Origin: Candidatus Latescibacterota bacterium
GTDB taxonomy: Bacteria; Latescibacterota; UBA2968; UBA8231
Assembly: GCA_965248265.1 (NCBI GenBank)
Contig: CBDFJF010000002.1
Coordinates: 512,001-576,000 of the forward strand
DNA length: 64,000 bases
Reading direction: 5' to 3'
The notes beneath the pieces were generated by a model. That model made no database searches. It was not told where the DNA came from and saw only the letters and a list, made by a program, of their open reading frames with translations. The translations under genes and the position numbers were made by a program. Positions within the stretch are counted from its first letter, which is position 1. Every line of letters begins with the position of its first letter. Below, in pieces: positions 56,275-64,000 of this stretch.

Positions 56275-57599
56275 CGGTCCGTCCTTTCGATCCACGATGT
56301 CTTGCCATCAGTCCGTGATAGCGACAAGTCAGGTACCATGGCGATGACGGCGCCGGCACCGATGCGCTCCCGGATCCGTTCCTGGAGAATGGTGGCAGCG
56401 CGACCGAACTCATCGCCGGGAAGGCCGGAAGCCGCTTCCACCGTCATCTCGATGTAATCATACGGTCCCGGACCGCGCAGGTTTATGCGAAAGTGCCCGG
56501 ATGTCACATCCGCGGAAGAGGTCAGCACTTCGGATATTGCGGCAGGGAAGACATTAACCCCGCGCACGTTGAACATGTCATCGGTCCGTCCGACGATGCG
56601 AAAGCGCCATGATGTGCGACCGCATCGGCACGGATCAGTATCTCTGATCGTGACGATGTCACCGGTGCGATACCGCACCAATGGCTGTGCCTGCCGGTAC
56701 AGGTTCGTCAGCACCAGCTCTCCACGGTTGCCCGTTTCGATCGGCAGTGTCGTGCCCTGTTCGGGGTCCAACAATTCAACGAAGACGACATCTCCGGCGT
56801 GGAAGTGCAGGTCGTTGGTGAACGGACACTGGCCGGCGAACTGGCTGAGCACCTCGCTCAGGCCGTAGTTGGCGTTGCGCACTTCGAAACCCCACGTCTG
56901 TGCGAGTTTCTGGCGGAAGTTGTCGTTGTCGAGGCCTGCCTCGCCACCGAAGAGTGCGAGCCGCAGGCCGAGTTCCCTGGGATCGCGCCCGCCGGATTCG
57001 GACAGGACCTTTTCCATCAACGCGGGATAAGAGGGCGTGCACGAGATTGCTGTGATGCCGAGTTCGTCGATGGTTTGCAGCAGGCGACGCGTGTTACCGA
57101 CGCCAAAGGGCACGACCATGGCACCCGTGGCCTCCAGGGAGAGATGGTCGGTCAGACCGCCGGTCCAGAGGCAGTAGTTGAGGCAGTGGATGACGCGATC
57201 GGTCGAGCGCAGGCCCGCGGCGAACATCGCCCTGCCACCAACCCGTGCCGTCACACGCGCATCCTGCTCGGTCCAGGCAATGTTGATTGCTCCGCCGGTG
57301 GTACCGGACGTCCGATGCAGGCGTGCCACCTGCTTCTCGTCGCAGGCCAGGTGGTCGCCGAAGGGAGGACGCCGTTGGATGCTGTCGCGCAACTCGTCTT
57401 TGTCGGTCAGCGGTAATTCGGCGAGGCGGTCCAGCGGCAGGGGACGCGATGCTGCGTCTCCAAATTTGTCTATGTAGAACACTGAACGGCCGCGGAGGTA
57501 ATCCCATTGCGCCGGCCAGGTCTGTTGATACAACGTCACCGTTTCCTGCGCAGACATCGCCTCGACCGCAGGCTCGAGCATTGCGGTGAAGTCGCTCAT
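56271..57599 (-). CDS. Phenylacetate--CoA ligase (PaaK-like) family protein
   Basis: LPLTDKDELR, TSGTTG, YGLSE, PLVRYRTGD, GRTDDM, RGVNVFP. Confidence 0.88.
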   Translation of the reverse strand: MSDFTAMLEPAVEAMSAQETVTLYQQTWPAQWDYLRGRSVFYIDKFGDAASRPLPLDRLAELPLTDKDELRDSIQRRPPFGDHLACDEKQVARLHRTSGTTGGAINIAWTEQDARVTARVGGRAMFAAGLRSTDRVIHCLNYCLWTGGLTDHLSLEATGAMVVPFGVGNTRRLLQTIDELGITAISCTPSYPALMEKVLSESGGRDPRELGLRLALFGGEAGLDNDNFRQKLAQTWGFEVRNANYGLSEVLSQFAGQCPFTNDLHFHAGDVVFVELLDPEQGTTLPIETGNRGELVLTNLYRQAQPLVRYRTGDIVTIRDTDPCRCGRTSWRFRIVGRTDDMFNVRGVNVFPAAISEVLTSSADVTSGHFRINLRGPGPYDYIEMTVEAASGLPGDEFGRAATILQERIRERIGAGAVIAMVPDLSLSRTDGKTSWIERTDR

Positions 57600-57618
57600 G
57601 CACAGCGCCTTCGTGAGC

Positions 57619-58035
57619 TCACGGCGCACGTCGCTTGCCGGCGTCCGCCTCAATGGTGGCACGGTCGACGATGGCACGAGCGTGCCGGCCCTTGGCGACC
57701 GCCCCAGCGTCGTCCTCGCAGCTGACTTCGAACCAGTAGAGCGACTTTTCCCTCTCAAGGTAGATGGCGTGGGTCGTAAACGCCGAACCGACCGGGGTCG
57801 GCTTGAAATGGGTGACTTCAAACTTGACCCCCACGGTCATCTGCCCCTCTTCGAGAAGCGGCAACATCGCCTGGGCGCAGGTGCGCTCCATGAATGAGAT
57901 CATCATCGGCGATGACAGGACCTCCGGGTAGGACTCACCTGCATCCCGGCCAATGGCATGGGCCGTCATGTCCTCTGACACGACCGTGCGCACAGTGATT
58001 GTGCCTGTTGGTTCCTGTTCGCTCAAGCCGCCCAT
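57619..58035 (-). CDS. Hotdog-fold thioesterase (FlK-like)
   Basis: VLSSPMMISFME, TVGV-FEVTH-KPTPVG, G-HARAIV; start may be 58053. Confidence 0.85.
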   Translation of the reverse strand: MGGLSEQEPTGTITVRTVVSEDMTAHAIGRDAGESYPEVLSSPMMISFMERTCAQAMLPLLEEGQMTVGVKFEVTHFKPTPVGSAFTTHAIYLEREKSLYWFEVSCEDDAGAVAKGRHARAIVDRATIEADAGKRRAP

Positions 58036-58455
58036 AGTGAGGATAAAGGGCATTATCGTGAGTCCGTCAAGCGCGTTTGAGGTGTTTCGAGGGCGTTTGG
58101 GGCTGTGCCTGTACGTTGATCGTCGTGCGGTGAACGATGGGCGGCGCGCGTGACGGCCTGCCCGCTCGGCCACCACCATCACGCACACCGACGCAGACCC
58201 AGACCTCACCTACGGCGTGACTCCACTAACGAGTCGCGCAACCCTGACATCAATCTTGACTCGGCTCCTCGTGCCACCAGCAATGCACACGGATGTGAAG
58301 AGCCCTTCACGCATGGCAGCCGCCTCTCGAAGTCACGATTGCCTTCGCCAACGACAATAGCGACCATATTTGCGACAGGCGGAGTCAGCCTGCCGGCGGG
58401 ACAACTCCTGTCCCGGGTTCATCGAACTCACTCATCAGATGGCGAGGGCAAAACG

Positions 58456-61092
58456 ATGAAATGGACATGGACAGTGGTAACGTTGTTGATGGCGGGGCTG
58501 TCGTGGGCCCAGGATTCAGCGCTTTCACCGACCGCACACAGAACGGTTCCGACGGAACGTCCGAGCGAGAATATCGCCCTCGGAGCCAGCTACACGATGG
58601 AGCCCGGACCGGGTTACGAGCACTGCACGGACCCCGGTGACGTCGAGCAGCTGACGGATGGGGTCTACACGGAGGGTTATTTCTGGACGCAGAAGTCGAC
58701 GGTAGGCTGGGTCCGGGCAAAACCTGTGATCCTGACGCTGGATCTGGGCACGGTGAAGCCGATACGAGGGGTGTCGTTCCATACGGCTGGGGGGTTTGCG
58801 CATGTGGGATGGCCGGAGGCCATCTACATCTTCACGGCGGGTGAAGACGGGGTATTCCATGAGATCGGGGAGCTGGTGGGGTTGAGCGCGGCACAGCACG
58901 GACCGCTCGCACCGAAGCAGGCGACTGATGCCATGTGGGACCAGGACGGCACGAGCTTCAACAACGCCGAGATCCAAGACCACTACGATCGGCACCGCGA
59001 TCGCTACCCCGGTGAGATGACCCCCGAGCTGCGTGGGCAGGTCCGCCGTGATCTCTACGAACATCGCGACACCCATTACAGGTCCTATCGCTACTGGACA
59101 GACCGGTTGCAGACGCATGGCCGCTATGTCTGCCTGGTTGTATGGCCCGTGGGAAAGTACTCGTTCGTGGACGAGATCGAGGTCTACGCAGGAGAGCCCG
59201 CTTGGGTAAATGAGGCACTCCCAGGCCCGGGCTTCACAGACGTGAGTGCCCATGCGGACCTGATCGCCATCCGGGAGGGTATTCGGAGACGCCTGGTACA
59301 GGACATCGCGGCCCTGCGGCAGGCAGCCGCGGAGGACGGGGTCCCTGCCCAGACGCGGCGAGATGTGGTTGATGAATTGGCCGCCGTGGAAGCGGAGTTG
59401 GAACAGGCCTCGAGGGCGTACGGTGACGATTTCCGGGCCGTACTGCCGCTGAATTCATGGCACGAACGGGTTTTGCGTACGCAGGCATGGCTATGGCGCG
59501 CCAGGGGGTTGGAGCCGCTCACATTCTGGCAGTCATATTTGTGGGACCCCCTACCTCTCATCGGCGCACCCAGTACCGAGGCGGAGCTGGCGGTCGAGGT
59601 GCACCTGATGCGGAACGAACACCGCGCGGCGGCCTTCAATGTGAGCAACAGCAGCGACGAGCCAATGCAGGTGGCCTTCCGCTTGAGCGGGCTCCCCGGG
59701 GGCGACAATCCGGACTACGTGACCGTTCACGAGGTAGCCTGGACGGACACCTATTTCGGAGTGCCGGTGGCGGCGGCTCTCCCAGAGGTCGGTCCCGAAA
59801 ACGATCTGTACACAGTCTCCGTACCCGCGGGCATAACGCGGCAGGTGTGGCTGACCTTTAATCCGATGGACATCGACCCGGGTACCTACGAGGGTGCGGT
59901 GGTCGTGGAATCAACGCCGGGCGGCGAGGGGTTTCCCTTGCGCATGCACCTGTATCCGCTCGATTTCCCGGAGAAGCAGACGTTGCATTACGGCGGATGG
60001 GACTACACGGACCTGATCGGTCATTTCTCCCACGTAACAGAGCAAAACGTGTCGGCGTTCATCGAGCATCTGCGCGAACGCCTCGTCGACTCGCCGTGGG
60101 CCCACCCGGTGGCGTTGCCGCGCGGCACGCACGATGAGACGGGAGCGATGACGGCGCCACCCGCCACCGGCCACTTCGATGCCTGGATCGAACGGTGGCC
60201 GGATGCAGCCCAGTACATGGTGTTTGCAGAGGGGACCGAGAATTTCGAGTCATGGCCCAAGGGTACACCGGAATTCAATACCGCGGTGAAGGCGTGGGTG
60301 ACCTTCTGGGCCGGGCACATCAGGTCTAAGGGAATATCACCGGAGCAGTTCGCGCTGATGCTGGCGGATACACCTGCCAACCCAGAAGCGGACGCGCGCA
60401 TCCTGGCCTGGGCGAAGCCGATCCGCGAGGCCGGGACGGGTATCCGCGTCTGGGAGAATGTGATCCACGGTAGTATGGACGACGCGAACCAGGACATGAT
60501 CAACGCCTGCCATGTGTTGAGTCCCCACTATGGATCCTTTCTGAAACAGGGCGAGGCGTATCGCAACTACTTTCAGAAGAAACGCGATCAGGGGATCGCC
60601 CTCGAGTACTGGAATGCGTGGATGGGTCGGACCAAGGATCCGTACATGGGCCGGCTTATGCCGTGGACGTGCTGGCGTTACGGGGCGGAGGCCTTCCACG
60701 TGTGGTCGTTCGGCGACACGGGCGGCGCTTCATCGTGGAACGAATATGTGACTGCAAGGTTGCCTTACACCCCCATCTTCCTCGACGAGGTCTCGGTGAC
60801 GGCGGGCAAACACCTCGAGGCGACGAGGGAAGGGATCCAGGACTACGAGTACTTCGTCATGCTGGACCGGGCGATCCAGGAAGCCTCTGCTCAGGGGATC
60901 ACAGGTCCGGAATTGGAGCGCGCCCGTCGGTTGCTGGAGACTCTACCGACCCGTGTCTGCGACGCAGGGGGGCATGGGGACGACATCGAAGACGACGACT
61001 TTGACTGGCTGAACGAGAACGTGGACCGGACAATGGCGGACGAGGCGCGGATTCAGGTGCTGGCGGCGTTGACGGAGCTGGCGGAGTACTGA
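58456..61092 (+). CDS. Large secreted protein: discoidin-like N-terminal domain + GH123/DUF4091-like C-terminal region
   Basis: Signal peptide; ENIALGASY, QLTDG, LTLDLG, FVDEIEVY; LEATREGIQDYEY motif near the C-terminus. Confidence 0.65.
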   Translation: MKWTWTVVTLLMAGLSWAQDSALSPTAHRTVPTERPSENIALGASYTMEPGPGYEHCTDPGDVEQLTDGVYTEGYFWTQKSTVGWVRAKPVILTLDLGTVKPIRGVSFHTAGGFAHVGWPEAIYIFTAGEDGVFHEIGELVGLSAAQHGPLAPKQATDAMWDQDGTSFNNAEIQDHYDRHRDRYPGEMTPELRGQVRRDLYEHRDTHYRSYRYWTDRLQTHGRYVCLVVWPVGKYSFVDEIEVYAGEPAWVNEALPGPGFTDVSAHADLIAIREGIRRRLVQDIAALRQAAAEDGVPAQTRRDVVDELAAVEAELEQASRAYGDDFRAVLPLNSWHERVLRTQAWLWRARGLEPLTFWQSYLWDPLPLIGAPSTEAELAVEVHLMRNEHRAAAFNVSNSSDEPMQVAFRLSGLPGGDNPDYVTVHEVAWTDTYFGVPVAAALPEVGPENDLYTVSVPAGITRQVWLTFNPMDIDPGTYEGAVVVESTPGGEGFPLRMHLYPLDFPEKQTLHYGGWDYTDLIGHFSHVTEQNVSAFIEHLRERLVDSPWAHPVALPRGTHDETGAMTAPPATGHFDAWIERWPDAAQYMVFAEGTENFESWPKGTPEFNTAVKAWVTFWAGHIRSKGISPEQFALMLADTPANPEADARILAWAKPIREAGTGIRVWENVIHGSMDDANQDMINACHVLSPHYGSFLKQGEAYRNYFQKKRDQGIALEYWNAWMGRTKDPYMGRLMPWTCWRYGAEAFHVWSFGDTGGASSWNEYVTARLPYTPIFLDEVSVTAGKHLEATREGIQDYEYFVMLDRAIQEASAQGITGPELERARRLLETLPTRVCDAGGHGDDIEDDDFDWLNENVDRTMADEARIQVLAALTELAEY

Positions 61093-61152
61093 GGTCGAGC
61101 CCGCGGCGACTGCCAGACCAACGCGGGGTGGAGCTTGTAGCGCAATGGTGCT

Positions 61153-61260
61153 ATGATCGAATACGAGTCTTGTATTCAGGATGAGTACGATATGAAGGAG
61201 TTTGCGGTGCGCGATCCGGACGGCCACGTCATCGCCTTTGGCCAACACCACGAAGCATGA
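61153..61260 (+). pseudogene. 3' stub of a VOC/glyoxalase-bleomycin resistance family gene
   Basis: MIEYESCIQDEYDMKEFAVRDPDGHVIAFGQ is the canonical VOC C-terminal motif; its TGA overlaps the sulfatase ATG. Confidence 0.7.
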
Positions 61261-62693
61261 CCACTCGATCCGACAGTTCGACGCCAAACTTCCTCATCAT
61301 CATGTCGGACCAGCATACTCCGGAAACGATCGGGGGCATGGCGCATCCGGCCGTGCAGACACCGGCCCTGGATCAACTCGTGGCGGCCGGGGTTTCTTTC
61401 CGCAACACGTACTGCTGCTACCCGATGTGCACGCCGTCGCGTGCCAGCTTCATGACCGGTCGTCTAACGCCGGAGCACGGGGTGTGGGAGCTCGGCACGC
61501 CGTTGAGCTCGGACCTGCCGACATGGGCGCACGTGCTTCGCCGGGCAGGCTACACCACATCGATCAGCGGCCGTATGCACTTCGTCGGGCACGATCAGAT
61601 GCACGGCTTCGAGCGACGGGTGCACGACGACTTCAAAGAGATGCCGACTCCGTACTGCTACGCTGACTGGGACCAACCGCTGCGGGATGAGCACCACATG
61701 CTTGGCGCGGTCAAGAGCGCGGCCCCGACGGCCGAGCCGACGAAGGCGGAGAGTTTTGACAAGGCCGTCACCGAGGCTGCGATGCAGGAGTTGTCATTCC
61801 TCGCCGGGCAGAGCGATCGCCCGTGGGGGCTCATGGTCGGCCTCTATCTGCCGCACTTTCGGTACGCGATCAGCCAGGAGTACTACGACAGATATGATGG
61901 GGTAGACATTCCCCTGCCCCGTACTCCACCTGATGGTCGCAGCTACGAGGACTCGGTGCCGGCACAGCTGGAGGGCAGCAGACGATGGCTGGGGTTGACC
62001 AGTGATGGCGTATCTGAAGAGGAGGTTCGGACCGCGCGCCGGTGTTACTACGGCATGATCACCTGCATGGACGAGCAGATCGGCAGACTGGTGTCTCAAC
62101 TCGATCGACTGGGGGTCGCTGACAACACCTGGGTGGTCTATTTGTCCGATCACGGCGACAACATGGGGGAGCACGGCTTCTGGTCGAAGCTGAACTTCTA
62201 CGAGGACAGCGTTCGCGTTCCCATGATCGTCGTGCCTCCGGCCTGCGCAAACGCAGGTGCCCAGTGCCCAGCCCCCGTATCGACAGTCGATTGGATGACG
62301 ACATTCCTCGATCTCACCGGGCAGGATCGGGGATTCGAAGAGCTGTCCGGGCGTTCCCTGGTGCCGTTGCTCGAGGATCCATCCGAGCAATGGCCTGAGC
62401 GGGTTATCCTTTCAGACTACGCCTGTGAGGGCACGCGCGTGCCGATGAGGATGATTCGCCGAGGCCGATGGAAGGCCTGGTTTGCGCCTGACCTGCCTCC
62501 ACTCCTGTTCGACCTGGAGGAGGATCCGCATGAGTGGAATGATCTCAGCGAAGAGGCCTCCTGCCAAGACATCCTCAAAGATCTCCACCACCTTGCCCGC
62601 GAGAACGGATGGGATGCCGAAGCGTTGCTAGAGGACATTCTATTGCACAAGCGTCGATTGAAATACATTGAGCAGGCGGAATCCGGTACGTAG
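61257..62693 (+). CDS. Formylglycine-dependent sulfatase (choline-sulfatase-like)
   Basis: PNFLIIMSDQH, CTPSRAS, GRMH, SDHGD, LLFDLEEDPHE. Confidence 0.93.
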   Translation: MTTRSDSSTPNFLIIMSDQHTPETIGGMAHPAVQTPALDQLVAAGVSFRNTYCCYPMCTPSRASFMTGRLTPEHGVWELGTPLSSDLPTWAHVLRRAGYTTSISGRMHFVGHDQMHGFERRVHDDFKEMPTPYCYADWDQPLRDEHHMLGAVKSAAPTAEPTKAESFDKAVTEAAMQELSFLAGQSDRPWGLMVGLYLPHFRYAISQEYYDRYDGVDIPLPRTPPDGRSYEDSVPAQLEGSRRWLGLTSDGVSEEEVRTARRCYYGMITCMDEQIGRLVSQLDRLGVADNTWVVYLSDHGDNMGEHGFWSKLNFYEDSVRVPMIVVPPACANAGAQCPAPVSTVDWMTTFLDLTGQDRGFEELSGRSLVPLLEDPSEQWPERVILSDYACEGTRVPMRMIRRGRWKAWFAPDLPPLLFDLEEDPHEWNDLSEEASCQDILKDLHHLARENGWDAEALLEDILLHKRRLKYIEQAESGT

Positions 62694-62863
62694 ACTAGTC
62701 AGCAGGCACCATGATCAAGGTCACGCCATTCGAATCGTTCCGTCAGCGGCCCGATGTGCCTGCCGAGCTGAAAGAAGACAGCCGGGCGAAACGACGACTG
62801 AGCGGAACGACATCACTAACCGATTGGATGACTCCGCTCCTCACGATCCCTTGGTAAGGCGCG

Positions 62864-62956
62864 ATGAAAACCCTGTTCATCATGGGTAGCCGCAATCCGA
62901 ACGGCCAGACTGCGAGGGCTGCGGCTCCTGTGGGCAGCGCGAATAGTGTGGTATGA
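62864..62956 (+). pseudogene. 5' stub of a flavodoxin-like (NAD(P)H-dependent FMN reductase) gene
   Basis: MKTLFIMGSRNPNGQTARAA resembles the FMN phosphate-binding loop start; truncated after ~20 codons. Confidence 0.55.
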
Positions 62957-63729
62957 GTCATCCCCTTACACCACAACGGATTCTCGATCTCGAAGGCGCC
63001 TACGAGATCCGTGACACCGGCGGGTATGCGACGAGGGACGGCAGACAGACCCGGTGGAAAACCCTGCTGAGGGCGGCCAACCTGGACCAGCTGACCCCCG
63101 AGTCGCAGGAGGCTCTCATCGACTACGGCGTGCGCACGGTCATCGACCTGAGAAAACCGAGCGAGTTGGAGCGCCGACCCGATGTCTTCGCCGGTTCGGC
63201 GAAGGTGAACTACCGCCATCACGACATGGTCGGCGAAGACCTCCACCTCGAGATCAAGGACGCGGTGTCCACACATGGATTGGGTCCTTACATCGGACGC
63301 TGGCTGCATGAGACGACCCTCAAGATCCTCGATCGGCGACACGCCGAGGTATGCGCCACCCTGACGACGCTGGCCCAGCCGGGAGGACTGCCCGCGATCG
63401 TCCACTGCTCTGCCGGCAAAGGTCGAACGGGGTTGATCATAGCGATGGTCCTCGATCTCGCCGGTGTGCCCGCCGAGACGATCGCCGAGGATTACGCGTT
63501 GACCGCTGCGGTCAGGTGGCGCCGCCGCACCGGGAAGGATCCTTCCCCGGGTGAGACCGAGGAAGGCAGGACCTGGGAGGAGTACCTGCAGATCAGCAGC
63601 CCACCGAGCGCGATGCTCAAGACGCTGGATCTGATCGAGCACCGGTACGGTGGCGTCGAAGCGTATGTTGAGGACGGCGGCGTGACAGATGAACAGATCC
63701 GGCAGATCCGGAACACCGTAGTGGCCTGA
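62953..63729 (+). CDS. Tyrosine-protein phosphatase (Y_phosphatase3 family)
   Basis: RDTGGY, VIDLR, P-loop HCSAGKGRTG, IAEDYALT, YGGVEAY. Confidence 0.9.
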   Translation: MSHPLTPQRILDLEGAYEIRDTGGYATRDGRQTRWKTLLRAANLDQLTPESQEALIDYGVRTVIDLRKPSELERRPDVFAGSAKVNYRHHDMVGEDLHLEIKDAVSTHGLGPYIGRWLHETTLKILDRRHAEVCATLTTLAQPGGLPAIVHCSAGKGRTGLIIAMVLDLAGVPAETIAEDYALTAAVRWRRRTGKDPSPGETEEGRTWEEYLQISSPPSAMLKTLDLIEHRYGGVEAYVEDGGVTDEQIRQIRNTVVA

Positions 63730-63895
63730 TCAGTCTAGGGCCGCCGAAGAGGACTAAAGCCGGGGCCGGAATCCACCCTCGCCCGCCCCCGCAAGGCCAA
63801 AGTACCCATCCCGTCCATCACAAAAGCTCAGATCCGCCAGCGGCCGCACCCACTCGGCGCGGCGCGACGCCAGGTGCGCGAGGCCGTCGACGGGA

Positions 63896-64000
63896 CTAAT
63901 ACAACACGTTCTGCCCATACCCCAAGAACAGGCGCACGAAGATCTCCGTCGTGTCATAGCTCTCGAGGAAGCGGAACTCGTCGGCGTACTCCAGTCGGTC
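63896..64000 (-). CDS. 3' end of a gene that starts beyond the window
   Basis: Open frame DRLEYADEFRFLESYDTTEIFVRLFLGYGQNVLY* with GC3-rich codons. Confidence 0.5.
   Translation of the reverse strand, partial: DRLEYADEFRFLESYDTTEIFVRLFLGYGQNVLY

Noticed and set aside
58150-58455. N-terminal extension of the 980-aa ORF (likewise extensions of ORFs at 2860, 6761, 11998, 14893, 31785, 40885 and 57821)
   Set aside because: Low-complexity or overlapping sequence; downstream ATGs have an RBS, a signal peptide or a stop-start overlap
62711-62857. 48-codon ORF MIKVTPFESFRQRPDV...
   Set aside because: Weak RBS and no recognisable motif; cannot be distinguished from a chance ORF

Overview
GC-rich bacterial genomic DNA with about 50 intact CDS and no rRNA, tRNA, CRISPR array, integrase or transposase that I could recognise. 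Gene content points to an FCB-group heterotroph, plausibly Latescibacterota-like (inference): T9SS-type QNYPNPFNP C-terminal domains, a TonB-dependent receptor + DUF4249 pair, and BNR/sialidase, CBM9-like, sulfatase, enolase-superfamily, Gfo/Idh/MocA and PhyH catabolic genes. The window is a mosaic of small catabolic cassettes separated by many gene stubs and pseudogenes. Other elements are an AT-richer Wzm/Wzt surface-glycan island (18.3-24.8 kb), a VapBC pair and a 179-bp MITE. The most notable non-obvious signals are: (i) a stand-alone ~230-nt minus-strand transcription unit with promoter and terminator that carries an 11-codon ORF ending Cys-Gly-Ala-UGA followed by a SECIS-like hairpin (49.3-49.56 kb); (ii) a 26-bp att-like direct repeat 12.5 kb apart, with a rod-like structured RNA candidate beside one copy; (iii) a single-crossover-type duplication of a CBM9-like gene junction bracketing 4.1 kb of cargo; (iv) a LamG-HEAT-Omp85 fusion protein. 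All product calls come from motif recognition by eye; no database searches or folding programs were run.
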